DNA of 39,759 bases from the sequence record DRR723986_1727. One strand, given 5' to 3'. The notes under the pieces are model-generated. The model was not told the DNA's origin, made no database searches, and saw only the letters and a list, made by a program, of their open reading frames with translations. This document shows, in pieces, positions 1 to 11,959 of the stretch. Position 1 is the stretch's first letter; the number at the start of each line of letters is the position of its first letter. The translations under genes and the position numbers were made by a program.

Positions 1-58
1 GTAGAGCAACTGACTTTTAATCAGTAGGTCCAGGGTTCGAACCCCTGTCGGCTCACCA
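1..58 (+). tRNA. tRNA-Lys (anticodon TTT), 5' end truncated by window edge
   Basis: End of D arm GTAGAGC; anticodon stem ACTGA/TCAGT around loop CTTTTAA (TTT at 16-18); T arm CAGGG-TTCGAAC-CCCTG; encoded CCA at 56-58. Confidence 0.95.
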
Positions 59-296
59 ATATTTCCAAAAGCTTAGCCTTAAAAATTTTAAGCTTGTAGT
101 ATCCACCGCTTGCGCGTCGCACGGTGGACGAGATCTGTGTTTTCACTATCCAAGTTCGCGATCCCGAGACCTGAGAACTTGCTGGCATTTGACCTAAAAG
201 CAAAGCCGGACAACCCATCTGGATCGCCCGGCCAAACTAACCTTAAGTAAGATTCAAACAACACAAAACCGTTTGCGTATTGAAAATTTTCTCACG

Positions 297-3200
297 TCAG
301 GACGCAACAGGCTCCTGTTCCGCCTGGGTTTTTCCTTTTCCACCAAACCAGCTTTTGACGGTTTCACGCATGGTCTGCATGTTCACATAAAGAATCGGGA
401 TCATGAGAATGCCGATGCAGGTCGCAAACAGCATGCCACCGAACACCGCGAAGCCAATGGCCTTCTGACTGGCCGCACCAGCACTTGATGCGGTCATCAA
501 AGGCACGACACCCAGCAGGAACGACAAGGCCGTCATCATGACCGCCCTGAACCGAAGATGAGCCGCTTCTACTGCTGCATCCTTGATCGACTTGCCATCG
601 GCCCTCTGCTCCATCGCAAACTCCACGATGAGGATGGCATTCTTGGCGCCCATCCCGACAAGCATGATCATGCCGATCTGTGTGTAGAGGTTGACATCCC
701 CCCCAGTCGCAAAGACCGCAACAAGCGCCCCGAGGATTGCAAACGACACCGACATCAAGATCGCAATCGGCATCGTCCAACTTTCATATTGAGCGACAAG
801 GAAGAGGTACGTGAACAAGATTGACAAAAGCAGGATGAAAAGAACGATCTGCCCCGATCCGAGCTGCTGCAGTGCTGTACCGGTCCACTCGAGAGCATAC
901 CCGTCCGGAAGAGCTTCAGCCCCCGCGGCATTGACTTCGTTGATGACCACACCTGTTGAAGCACCAGGAGCCGGATCAGCCATCACGGCAGCAGCACGGA
1001 ACATGTTGTAGCGGGTCAGAATCTGCGGACCGAGGACATTCTGTGTCGTCAGAATGCTGCGCATGGGCACCATCGTGCCGTCGCTCGACCGTACATAAAG
1101 TGCACCGATATCCTCCACCCGATCGCGGAACTTGCCTTCGGCCTGGATCATCACCTTGTAGACCCGGCCGAAGATGTTGAAGTCGTTGATATAGTACGAG
1201 CCCAGATAAGCCTGCAGTGTCGTGAACACATCCGACACATTGATGCCTAGCGTTTTGGCCTTTTCACGATCAAGATCGATAAAGACCTGAGGCACATTGG
1301 CCCGGAAAGTCGAATAGGCGCGCCCAACTTCGGCACTCTGGTTGGCAGAATAAATCATCGAACCAAGTGCCGATGACAAGTCCTGCGGCGAACCTCCACC
1401 GGTTTGTTGCAGCATCACCTGAACACCGCCGGTCGTGCCAAGGCCCGGAATCGGCGGGGGGTTGAAGGCAATGATATTCGCACCGGGAATCGTCGAGAAT
1501 TCCGCCCAGAACTTTGCGAGGATCGCGTTAATGCGAAGGTCGGGTGCCTGACGGTCTTCCCAGTTCTTCATAGTCGCAATCACCAGCGCCGCATTCGAGG
1601 ACGTTGCGCCGTTCAGGATGGAGTAGCCGTTGACGATGACGACGTCTTCCACACCCGGCGTTTTGGAAGTCAGGTCAACCACCTGCTTGGTGACGTTCTC
1701 CGTCCGTTGCAACGACGCTCCATCGGGAAGCTGAACGTCGACCATCAGGTAGCCCTGGTCTTCCGAAGGCAGAAAGCCCTGAGGCAGTGATCCGCCGAGT
1801 GTCACGATCAAGGCGACCGCCCCGGCAACTACGGCAAGCCCTATCACGGCGAAACGAACAAGGCGGCGAATAATACCGGTATATCCGTTACGTACCGAGG
1901 TGATGCCACGGTCGAACAGCCCCATGATGCCGCGCGGCGGGCCAGAACGGGCTTTCAGGATCAGGCCACAGAGAGCCGGAGACAGCGTCAGCGCGTTAAT
2001 TGAGGAAATCAACACAGAGACCGAGATGGTGACTGCGAACTGGGAATAGAGACGGCCGGTAATGCCCGGCATGAAGATTGTCGGAACGAACACCGCCAGC
2101 AGCACCAGCGTCGTGGCAATCACCGGACTTGTGATCTGTTCCATCGCCTTCGTCGTGGCTTCTTTCGGCGACAAGCCTTCATCGGCTATGATGCGCTCCA
2201 CGTTTTCCACGACGACGATGGCATCATCCACAACGATACCAATGGCCAGAACCAGCGCGAACAGCGAAATCGTGTTGAGCGTCATGCCAAGTGCCAGCAG
2301 GACAGCAAACGTGCCGATAAGCGACACTGGAATGGCAACAGTCGGAATGATTGTCGCTCGCCAGTTCCCGAGGAAGATGAACACCACCGAGACCACCAGA
2401 AGGAAGGTCAGGAAAAGCGTGGTGATGACGTCGTTGAGAGAAGCCTGAACGAAATCCGTGGTGTTGAAGGGAACACCGTACTGCATGTCCGGCGGAAAAT
2501 TCTTGGCCAGTTCATCCAGGCGAGCCAGCACGTTTTCCGATACCTGAAGCGCGTTTGCACCTGGTGCCTGATAGATTGCCAGAACCGTGGAAGGCTTGCC
2601 GTTGTATTCGCCGGAGGCGTTGTAAACCTGCGCGCCGAGTTCGACGCGGGCGACATCGCCAATCGTTACGACTGCGCCGTCTGCACCGGTCCGCAGAACG
2701 ATCTGTTCAAATTCTTCCGGTGAGGTCAGACGGCCCTTTGCCTTGATCGTGTACTGGAACTGCTGTCCTTCCGGAACCGGAGGTGCGCCGATCTGACCGG
2801 CAGCCACCTGAATGTTCTGGTCACGTACGGCGGTGATGAAATCCGTCGGTGTCATGCCCAGGCTGGTCAATCTGTCCGGATCAAGCCAGATGCGCATGCC
2901 GTAGGAAAAGTCGGTCATGACGTCTGCCAGACCAACCCCTGGCACACGGGCAAGTGCATCCTTCAGGTTGATCGAGGCATAGTTTGACAGGAAGACCGGA
3001 TCATAACTGCCGTTTGGCGAAAACAGTGTAATGACCAGCAACATGTTCGTGCTGGCTTTTTGCACTGTCACACCGTTGTTGGTCACATCGCTTGGCAGCT
3101 GGCTGTTGGCCTGACTGACCCGGTTCTGCGTGTTGACCGTGGCAATGTCCGGATCTGTTCCGACAGCGAAGGTAACGTTGAGCGAATAGTTGCCGCTGTC

Positions 3201-3452
3201 GTTACTGGTCGACTGCATGTAGATCATGTCGTCGACGCCGTTGACCTGCCCTTCGATCGGCGCGGCAACAGTTTCTTCCAGCACTTCGGCATTGGCGCCG
3301 GTATAGGTCGCCGTAACGTTTACGACCGGCGGGGTGATATTCGGAAACTGTTCAACCGGAAGCGACAGATACCCAAGCACACCGGCAATAGTGATAACAA
3401 TGGAAATGACCAGCGCGAATTTCGGCCGGTAGATAAAAAAGCGTGAAAACAT
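297..3452 (-). CDS. RND efflux transporter permease, HAE1/AcrB family
   Basis: 1051 aa ORF; N-terminus MFSRFFIYRPKFA; proton-relay motifs GIVVDDAIVVVENVER, AKNAILIVEFA, RFRAVMMT. Confidence 0.95.
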   Translation of the reverse strand: MFSRFFIYRPKFALVISIVITIAGVLGYLSLPVEQFPNITPPVVNVTATYTGANAEVLEETVAAPIEGQVNGVDDMIYMQSTSNDSGNYSLNVTFAVGTDPDIATVNTQNRVSQANSQLPSDVTNNGVTVQKASTNMLLVITLFSPNGSYDPVFLSNYASINLKDALARVPGVGLADVMTDFSYGMRIWLDPDRLTSLGMTPTDFITAVRDQNIQVAAGQIGAPPVPEGQQFQYTIKAKGRLTSPEEFEQIVLRTGADGAVVTIGDVARVELGAQVYNASGEYNGKPSTVLAIYQAPGANALQVSENVLARLDELAKNFPPDMQYGVPFNTTDFVQASLNDVITTLFLTFLLVVSVVFIFLGNWRATIIPTVAIPVSLIGTFAVLLALGMTLNTISLFALVLAIGIVVDDAIVVVENVERIIADEGLSPKEATTKAMEQITSPVIATTLVLLAVFVPTIFMPGITGRLYSQFAVTISVSVLISSINALTLSPALCGLILKARSGPPRGIMGLFDRGITSVRNGYTGIIRRLVRFAVIGLAVVAGAVALIVTLGGSLPQGFLPSEDQGYLMVDVQLPDGASLQRTENVTKQVVDLTSKTPGVEDVVIVNGYSILNGATSSNAALVIATMKNWEDRQAPDLRINAILAKFWAEFSTIPGANIIAFNPPPIPGLGTTGGVQVMLQQTGGGSPQDLSSALGSMIYSANQSAEVGRAYSTFRANVPQVFIDLDREKAKTLGINVSDVFTTLQAYLGSYYINDFNIFGRVYKVMIQAEGKFRDRVEDIGALYVRSSDGTMVPMRSILTTQNVLGPQILTRYNMFRAAAVMADPAPGASTGVVINEVNAAGAEALPDGYALEWTGTALQQLGSGQIVLFILLLSILFTYLFLVAQYESWTMPIAILMSVSFAILGALVAVFATGGDVNLYTQIGMIMLVGMGAKNAILIVEFAMEQRADGKSIKDAAVEAAHLRFRAVMMTALSFLLGVVPLMTASSAGAASQKAIGFAVFGGMLFATCIGILMIPILYVNMQTMRETVKSWFGGKGKTQAEQEPVAS

Positions 3453-4652
3453 TTAGCTTTTCTCCGCCGGCTTGGAAGCAAGTACCGGATTCACGACAAC
3501 GCCGGGGCGCACTTTCTGCAACCCTTCGATGATGACCTCGTCACCTTCCTTCAGGCCTTTGGAGACGACGAAATCCGTGCCTTCCTGCTGACCCAGTGTC
3601 ACGTAGCGCTGTTCGACCTTCTTGTCCGACGTGATTGCCAGTGCAAACGCACCTTCCTGGTCCCTTTGAATGGCAGCCTGCGGCACAACCAGCGCCGTTT
3701 CCGTTTTCGGCGCTTCGAGAACCACCGTCACATAGGTTCCGGAAATCAGGCGGATGTCCTTGTTGTCGAATTGTCCGCGGAAGGAGATGGTGCCTGTCGC
3801 TGTATCGACCTGATTGTCGATGAAAACGATTTTGCCCTTTTCATTATAGTCCTGCCCGTTTGGCAAAACCAGTTTCAGGTCTGGAGACTCATCCGGCTGG
3901 ATATCGGCAGGGTTTATCCCGTGTGTCTTGACCGCGTTGAGATACTGCGCCTCGCTGACGGAAAAATTGACATAGACAGGAGCAAGGCTGATCAAGCTGG
4001 CCAGTGAATTCGTCGTGGGTCCGACGACCTCGCCAACGCTGTAGGTGGTCTTGCCGAGCTGGCCGTCGAAAGGTGCCGAAATATCGGTGTAGCTGAGGTT
4101 GAGTTCCGCCTCCTGCAGAGACGATTGCGCTGCCTCCACAGAGGCTTCCGCCTGTTGCTTTTGCGCCAAGGTCGCTTCGTAAGCAGCCTCGGAGAGATGC
4201 CCCTTGTCTCGGAGGTCCCTGTCACGCTTCTCGTCGGCAGCCTTCAGTGCAGCGTCTGCCTTTGCGCTTGCAAGATCCGCCTTGGCCTTTGTCAGTGCGG
4301 CCTGATACTGCGCTTTTTCAATCGTGAACAACAGGTCGTTTTTCTTGACGACGGAGCCGTCCGGCACAGCTTTCTCTTCCAGGAAACCTTTGACGCGAGC
4401 CATGAGATCGACCTGGTCGATTGCAGCGACTTGCCCGACAAAACGTGCGCTTTGACGAATATCCTGGGATGCAATCTTCGCAACGGTCACCGATGGTGGC
4501 GGCGCTGCCGGAGCGGCCTTTTGCGAGTCGTCGGAGCATGCGGCCAAGAGTGCCGAGGTTGCAGCAACGAGTGCAAAATTGCGAGGGAAAGAGGCAAAAG
4601 GCAAAAAAGTCATTCGGGAACTCCGCAGTCCGACCATCAGGTCAAGGCGCAT
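3453..4652 (-). CDS. RND efflux periplasmic adaptor (MFP, AcrA-like lipoprotein)
   Basis: Lipobox LLAAC; lipoyl/hairpin/beta-barrel pattern (LSYTDISAPFDG, IDNQVDTATGT); its stop abuts the permease start. The true start may be the ATG at 4613. Confidence 0.92.
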   Translation of the reverse strand: MRLDLMVGLRSSRMTFLPFASFPRNFALVAATSALLAACSDDSQKAAPAAPPPSVTVAKIASQDIRQSARFVGQVAAIDQVDLMARVKGFLEEKAVPDGSVVKKNDLLFTIEKAQYQAALTKAKADLASAKADAALKAADEKRDRDLRDKGHLSEAAYEATLAQKQQAEASVEAAQSSLQEAELNLSYTDISAPFDGQLGKTTYSVGEVVGPTTNSLASLISLAPVYVNFSVSEAQYLNAVKTHGINPADIQPDESPDLKLVLPNGQDYNEKGKIVFIDNQVDTATGTISFRGQFDNKDIRLISGTYVTVVLEAPKTETALVVPQAAIQRDQEGAFALAITSDKKVEQRYVTLGQQEGTDFVVSKGLKEGDEVIIEGLQKVRPGVVVNPVLASKPAEKS

Positions 4653-4675
4653 AATTTGGGGTTCACTATAAAAGG

Positions 4676-4694
4676 ACTGGTTGATTCAACAAGT
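4676..4694. promoter_or_regulatory. Imperfect palindrome upstream of the efflux operon (candidate repressor operator)
   Basis: ACTGGTTGA-T-TCAACAAGT, a 9-1-9 inverted repeat with one mismatch, about 24 bp upstream of the MFP ORF start. Confidence 0.4.
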
Positions 4695-4908
4695 GAATAG
4701 TGCCCTTGCCGTGTGGTCTTGGCGGGAAAAATTCCTTAACGTTTTCAAAGTCACGTATACATTGCCCGACACGGCAATCACGAAACACACCTAATGGTTT
4801 GTGCGTCGGCAAATTTTCTGAATGCGATAAAGTGCAGCAAATCCAGCCGGAGAGCCTTGGACGGAACATGTCTCCCGGCTAAGCCTTCTCACAAAGAATG
4901 GATTTCAT

Positions 4909-5736
4909 TTACGAGACAACTGGCGACAGGATCAGCGTGAGCCCGTTGAGCTGGCCTGCCGGCACTATCTTGCGCTCATCCAGGCCTTTGCAGCCGATTT
5001 CCAGAGCAACAATCTGCGGCAGGGAGCCGGCAATTTGCGCAGCTGCATCAGTGCCGACCAGTGACGCATACGCAGATGGCGTTAGCACGGATATTGTTCC
5101 ACGAGCAGTCTTGAGCTCCAGACCCAGACTGGTGGCGCGCATTTCGCGTTGGCCCGTGAACCCACCCAGAAACTCGTGATGATCCGAGGGATCGCCGGCA
5201 ACGAGATAGACTGTCTTTATCGTTGACGCGCCGTTGGCATGATCCTGAAAGGCTTCTTTCCAGAAATTTTCGGGAAATCGATTCCTGCAAGTGAAATAGC
5301 CGATCTCCGGTGCAAGTGCATCACTGACAAATGTCAGGTCGAAGGCAACTTGCACCTTGCCGCCATCCGCCAGATTGGCGGTGCGCTCGAAGGAAAACGG
5401 CTCGTAGAGTTTCAGTCCAGCCTTGCTGAAATCGTCCCTGTCCTTCGCAGGATCGGAACTGTCCAGCACCAGCATGCTGGCCCCTTCGTGCCGGGACAGA
5501 AAATCTCGGTTGAAAGCCCCGAACGAGAAAACCTCTTCAGAAGCCTCGAAAATGAGATCCCGATCGGCAACGCTCAACAGCTCGACGAAAAAACCGTCGA
5601 GCTGAACCAAACGGTTGGCCGTTCCCCAGGAATGGCGATTTTCAGGAGTAACCGTGAAACCAAGGTCCGCCCACACCTGGCCCGCGGCCTCCAGATCCCT
5701 CACCGCTACAACGACGTGATCGAGCCCGCGCACCAT
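4909..5736 (-). CDS. VOC / glyoxalase-like family protein
   Basis: N-terminal GLDHVVVAVRDL...GFTV...HSWGTANRLVQLDGFFVELL, typical of glyoxalase-like domain proteins; starts 28 bp after the pyrG stop. Confidence 0.8.
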   Translation of the reverse strand: MVRGLDHVVVAVRDLEAAGQVWADLGFTVTPENRHSWGTANRLVQLDGFFVELLSVADRDLIFEASEEVFSFGAFNRDFLSRHEGASMLVLDSSDPAKDRDDFSKAGLKLYEPFSFERTANLADGGKVQVAFDLTFVSDALAPEIGYFTCRNRFPENFWKEAFQDHANGASTIKTVYLVAGDPSDHHEFLGGFTGQREMRATSLGLELKTARGTISVLTPSAYASLVGTDAAAQIAGSLPQIVALEIGCKGLDERKIVPAGQLNGLTLILSPVVS

Positions 5737-5764
5737 TATCTTGTCCCCTTCCCGCCTTGGCCGA

Positions 5765-7447
<1,683 letters not shown>

Positions 7448-7455
7448 TCAACACA

Positions 7456-7488
7456 TAAAAATGCCCTGCGAGTTAAGCCGCAGGGCAT
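7456..7488 (-). terminator. Rho-independent terminator after secG
   Basis: 10-bp stem ATGCCCTGCG/CGCAGGGCAT (7461-7470/7479-7488) followed by a T tract on the minus strand. Confidence 0.7.
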
Positions 7489-7526
7489 ATGTCGGGTGAA
7501 TGGGCCAGAAGACCCGTTCGGCCGCC

Positions 7527-7910
7527 TTACTGGGCGGCCGGGACCTGAGGTCCGGAAGGTTGCTGTTGGTTCAGCTGTTTCAACGAATCGAGAACACCGC
7601 CTGAACCGCCTTCGGTCGTGCCGTCCGTCGTGGCAGGCGCTTCCTGGGTTGCCGTTGGAACAGCATCAAGAATCGAACCGGGCCGGTCCTGATTCTTTGC
7701 AATAAGGCTGAGCGTCAGCGAAGTAGCGAAGAAAGCGACCGCCAGAACGGCAGTTGCACGCGTCAGGATATTCGCAGTCCCACGACTGGACATCAGACCA
7801 CCGCCTCCGCCGCCAATGCCAAGCGCGCCGCCTTCGGAACGCTGCAGGAGGACAACAAGCACCAGGGCCAGGACGACCATCAAGTGGATTACGATGACTA
7901 CGGTTTCCAT
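7527..7910 (-). CDS. secG: Preprotein translocase subunit SecG
   Basis: VVLLQRSEGGALGIGGG...NILTRATAVLA with two TM helices; lies between tpiA and pyrG. Confidence 0.95.
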   Translation of the reverse strand: METVVIVIHLMVVLALVLVVLLQRSEGGALGIGGGGGGLMSSRGTANILTRATAVLAVAFFATSLTLSLIAKNQDRPGSILDAVPTATQEAPATTDGTTEGGSGGVLDSLKQLNQQQPSGPQVPAAQ

Positions 7911-8035
7911 CGAACGCCATTCTTCATTGAATTCAAGATTGGCGGCCTTCTACACCAGACGCCGCCAGCTTTCCACCCTTCAATTGCGCCTTCGACACAG
8001 AAGCTTCAAGGCCGGGCACAATATATTCGGTGTCT

Positions 8036-8794
8036 TCAGGAATAAGCAGCAAGTATGCCGAGGAAATCTTCAGCCTTGAGACTGGCGCCGCCAACAAGGG
8101 CGCCGTCGACATTGGCAACAGACATCAGTTCACGCGCATTGCCCGGTTTCACAGACCCGCCGTAAAGAAGGCGCATGGAAGCTCCTTCCCCGCCGAACCT
8201 TGCGGAAAGATTGTCCCGCATTGCCTTGTGCATTTCCTCAACATCACCTGCGGTGGGTGTCAGACCTGTACCGATCGCCCAGACCGGCTCGTAGGCAATC
8301 ACGCAGTTTTCGGCAGTCGCCCCATCCGGAACCGATCCGTTCAATTGGCGGTCGACAATAGCAAGTGCCTGGCCTGCCTTGCGCTCGGCTTCTGTCTCGC
8401 CGACACACACAATCGCCACAAGACCGGCTCTCCAGGCTGCCCGAGCCTTTTCATTGACATCAACATCGCTTTCAGCGTGATCCGTCCGGCGTTCGGAATG
8501 ACCGACGATGACGGCCTTTGCGCCGGCATCTGCAAGCATTTCAGCAGAAATATCGCCGGTGTGAGCACCAGATACTGCGGTATGGCAATCCTGACCACCT
8601 ACAGACAGCGCGCCACTGCCAGCCTTTTCCGCAATTGCTGCGATCAGCGTTGCAGGCGCACAAATCATCGCATCGACCGAATCCGCCAGATCGTCACTGA
8701 TGCCGGCGATCATCTTGTAGACTTCAGCCTGGCTTGCCTTCAGACCGTTCATTTTCCAGTTACCGGCAACCAGCGGCTTGATCGCTGCGCTCAT
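8036..8794 (-). CDS. tpiA: Triosephosphate isomerase
   Basis: [36 protein letters not shown]. Start set at ATG 8794. Confidence 0.97.
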   Translation of the reverse strand: MSAAIKPLVAGNWKMNGLKASQAEVYKMIAGISDDLADSVDAMICAPATLIAAIAEKAGSGALSVGGQDCHTAVSGAHTGDISAEMLADAGAKAVIVGHSERRTDHAESDVDVNEKARAAWRAGLVAIVCVGETEAERKAGQALAIVDRQLNGSVPDGATAENCVIAYEPVWAIGTGLTPTAGDVEEMHKAMRDNLSARFGGEGASMRLLYGGSVKPGNARELMSVANVDGALVGGASLKAEDFLGILAAYS

Positions 8795-9025
8795 GTTCAG
8801 TTTCTCCCGCGGCATGATCCTTGATTTGCCGCCTATAGAGCAGAAGCGCACACGCGTTGCAATCACCCTGAGGACGGGAAAACCCAAATCGCTTCCGAAG
8901 TTTGTAAAAGGCCGCCTTGCGGCGGCGGCGCGGCGTCTTTATGATCCGCCCGCTCCGGCCAAGGCCGGTCCTGAATTCAGCCGGTGACGCCGGCTGCCGG
9001 AACGAAGAAGAATACGGGAGTCGTC

Positions 9026-10918
9026 ATGCTTGACGCGCTGCGCAAGGGCGCTGGCACCTGGGTTGCCAAACTGTTTATTGCTCTGTTGATCTTTAGCTTC
9101 GCCGTGTGGGGCATTAGCGGTTTCTTGACCGGTGTCGGCCAGAACACCGCCGCCAAGGTCGGTGACACGGAAGTCTCCCTGTTCGATTTTGATCGGGCCT
9201 ACAGGCAGGACCTCGGACGGCTGGCTCAACAGTTCGGCCGGCCGCTGACGCCGGCAGAAGGCGCGACCCTCGGTGTTCCGCAGCAAACCCTGGGCAAGCT
9301 TGTGGCCGAAGCGGCCATGAACAACACCGCTCAAAACATGAAACTCGGTGTTTCGGACGAACGCCTGGCGACCATTATCCAGAGTGACCCTGCCTTTCAG
9401 GGCCTGGGTGGCAGGTATGACAAGAACCGGCTACAGCAGGTTCTGCAGGCAAACGGATACCGGGAAGACGAATATGTCGTCGAACGCCGCAAGGTTGCAG
9501 AGCGAGCGCAGCTTGCAGAAGGCCTCGCCGGCAGCATGAAGGCGCCGATTGCCTATCTGGAAGTTCTTGACGCCTATCAGGGTGAAACGCGAAGCGTTGA
9601 TTACCTGGTCGTCACACCGGAATTCATCGGAGACATCGAGGATCCGGCCGATGGTGTCCTGACAACCTACTTCGAAGAGAACAAGGATAATTTCCGGGCA
9701 CCCGAGTTCCGTGAAATCAAATACGTCTCACTCACGCCGACATCTCTCTCTCGTCCGGATGACATTTCCGACGAAGACGCCCGCGCTGAGTTTGAGCGCC
9801 GGTCGGAAGATTTCTTCCAGCCCGAACGCCGCAAGATCCGTCAGATGTCCTTCCCGTCTCAACAGGCTGCGGAAGAAACTGCCGAAGAAATCGCGAACGG
9901 CAAGACCTTTGACGAACTCATGACTGACCGGAACCTTGCCAACAACGACGTTGCCCTTGGCGTCATGGCAAAGGCCGATTTTCTCGATGAAGCTATCGGC
10001 GACGCCGCTTTCAGCCTGGAGGAAGGCGCCACCAGTGGTACGGTGGAAGGCAGGTTCTCGACTGTCATTCTGAATGTCGAAGAAATCCTTCCTGAAAGCA
10101 CCAAACCCTTCGAAGACGTGAAGGACGAGATCGTCCAGAGCCTCGCAAAGGAACAGGCGGAACGGGAAATTCTGGATCTGCTTAACGAAGTCGAGGATGC
10201 CCGGGCCGGCGGTGCTCCGCTGGACGAAATCGGCGAGCGTTTCGCCCTGACTGTAGAAACTCCGTCAGCTTTTGATGCATCCGGAAACGGTGAAGACGGT
10301 AAACCCGTAACCTTGCCTGATGCTGAGGGACTTGTAGCAGGTGCGTTCGACAGTGACATCGGCATCGAAAACGATGTCCTTCAGCTCGGTGAGCAAGGCT
10401 TTCTCTGGTATGACGTCGCAAAGGTTATTCCGTCGCGCGAACGCACCCTCGACGAAGTTCGCGAAGACGTCATTGCCGCCTGGAAGCAGGATGAACTAGG
10501 CAAACGCTTGAGCGACACTGCGGCAGACCTATTGGCCAAGGCAGAGGGCGGCACGCCGTTCATCGCCCTTTCCGCAGAAACCGGGCTGGAAGTGAAATCC
10601 GCAACTGACCTGAAGCGTAACACGCCGTCCGGGGATTTCGGCCGCGAAGCTGTTTCGGCAGTATTCGACGGCCCCGTTGGAACAAGCGCGGTCACCGAAA
10701 CCAACGATGGCAACGGTCGGATCGTGCTTAAAGTGAGCGGTTCCAACGTACCGGACTTCCAGAGCGACGCACCGCAAATAGCGGCCCTGGGTCAGCAGCT
10801 TTCCCAGCAAATTCAGGACACGCTGCTCGGCCAGTTCATCTCCGACCGGGAAACCAAGGCAGGGGTCGAGATAAACAATGCCGGTATCGCCCAGATGATC
10901 GGGTTGGACCGGAATTGA
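9026..10918 (+). CDS. ppiD: PpiD-like periplasmic chaperone / peptidyl-prolyl isomerase (SurA N-terminal domain)
   Basis: MLDALRK...LLIFSFAVWGI membrane anchor, PEFREIKYV and PERRKIRQM rotamase-like segments; GGGAG RBS before ATG 9026; usual position between tpiA and trpD. Confidence 0.85.
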   Translation: MLDALRKGAGTWVAKLFIALLIFSFAVWGISGFLTGVGQNTAAKVGDTEVSLFDFDRAYRQDLGRLAQQFGRPLTPAEGATLGVPQQTLGKLVAEAAMNNTAQNMKLGVSDERLATIIQSDPAFQGLGGRYDKNRLQQVLQANGYREDEYVVERRKVAERAQLAEGLAGSMKAPIAYLEVLDAYQGETRSVDYLVVTPEFIGDIEDPADGVLTTYFEENKDNFRAPEFREIKYVSLTPTSLSRPDDISDEDARAEFERRSEDFFQPERRKIRQMSFPSQQAAEETAEEIANGKTFDELMTDRNLANNDVALGVMAKADFLDEAIGDAAFSLEEGATSGTVEGRFSTVILNVEEILPESTKPFEDVKDEIVQSLAKEQAEREILDLLNEVEDARAGGAPLDEIGERFALTVETPSAFDASGNGEDGKPVTLPDAEGLVAGAFDSDIGIENDVLQLGEQGFLWYDVAKVIPSRERTLDEVREDVIAAWKQDELGKRLSDTAADLLAKAEGGTPFIALSAETGLEVKSATDLKRNTPSGDFGREAVSAVFDGPVGTSAVTETNDGNGRIVLKVSGSNVPDFQSDAPQIAALGQQLSQQIQDTLLGQFISDRETKAGVEINNAGIAQMIGLDRN

Positions 10919-10942
10919 TCCGTTTGAAAGTGGAATGACGAC

Positions 10943-11956
10943 ATGAGCACATTCAAGGACTTCATCGCCAAGGTGTCAGACGGTCACGCCTTGAGCCCTG
11001 AAGAAGCCCGCGAAGCCTTTGAGGTGATCCTGTCGGGATCTGCAACACCATCGCAGCTTGGCGGGTTTCTGATGGCCTTGCGTGTGCGCGGCGAAAGCAT
11101 TGCCGAAGTCACGGGTGCGGTCGCGACCATGCGGTCCAAGATGATCCCCGTGAGAGCCCCGGCCAACGCGATGGATATAGTGGGAACGGGTGGCGACAAT
11201 TCCGGCAGCTACAATATTTCCACGTGCACGGCCCTGGTCGTCGCCGGCAGCGGCGTTCCGGTTGCCAAACACGGCAACAGGTCATTGTCTTCCAAGTCGG
11301 GCGCTGCAGAAGCGCTCGCCGAACTTGGCGTCAACATCGATATCGATGCCAGGAAGATATCCGATTGCATCAACAGGGCGGGTATCGGTTTCATGTTCGC
11401 CCCGCTGCACCATGCAGCCATGAAACACGTGGGTCCAACCCGCATGGAGCTCGGCACGCGCACAATCTTCAATCTGCTTGGCCCATTGACCAATCCCGCA
11501 GGAGTGAAGCGCCAGATGGTTGGTGTGTTTGCCCGCAAATGGGTCGAACCGCTTGCGGAAGCTCTTCGCGAGCTAGGGTCTGAAAAGGCCTGGGTCGTCC
11601 ACGGGTCCGACGGAATGGACGAAATTACCACAACCGGTCCAACCGCTATTGCCGAACTCAAGAACGGGACAATCCGTTCGTTTGAAATTTCACCCGAAGA
11701 TGTCGGCCTTGCCGTTTCCGATCCGAAAGATCTCAAGGGCGGACTTCCCTCGGAAAACGCTAAAGCCCTGCGCGACGTCCTCGCCGGAGCAAAGAACGCC
11801 TATCGCGATGTGGTGCTGTTCAATGCGGCTGCCTCCCTGCTGGTTGCAGACAAGGTGGAAACCTTGAAGGATGGTGTCGAGTTGGCAGCGCAATCCATTG
11901 ACAGCGGATCCGCGGCCGACACCTTGGAAAAGCTTGTCGCAGCATCGAATGGGTAA
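10943..11956 (+). CDS. trpD: Anthranilate phosphoribosyltransferase
   Basis: [45 protein letters not shown]. Confidence 0.97.
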   Translation: MSTFKDFIAKVSDGHALSPEEAREAFEVILSGSATPSQLGGFLMALRVRGESIAEVTGAVATMRSKMIPVRAPANAMDIVGTGGDNSGSYNISTCTALVVAGSGVPVAKHGNRSLSSKSGAAEALAELGVNIDIDARKISDCINRAGIGFMFAPLHHAAMKHVGPTRMELGTRTIFNLLGPLTNPAGVKRQMVGVFARKWVEPLAEALRELGSEKAWVVHGSDGMDEITTTGPTAIAELKNGTIRSFEISPEDVGLAVSDPKDLKGGLPSENAKALRDVLAGAKNAYRDVVLFNAAASLLVADKVETLKDGVELAAQSIDSGSAADTLEKLVAASNG

Positions 11957-11959
11957 GAC

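Noticed and set aside
1..4908. Genomic island or prophage at tRNA-Lys
   Set aside because: No integrase, transposase or visible att duplication, and the efflux genes do not look compositionally foreign.
10919..10942. Missing trpE/trpG before trpD as a sign of gene loss
   Set aside because: Rhizobiales commonly encode a fused trpE(G) elsewhere; ppiD-trpD-trpC-moaC-moeA is a normal arrangement.
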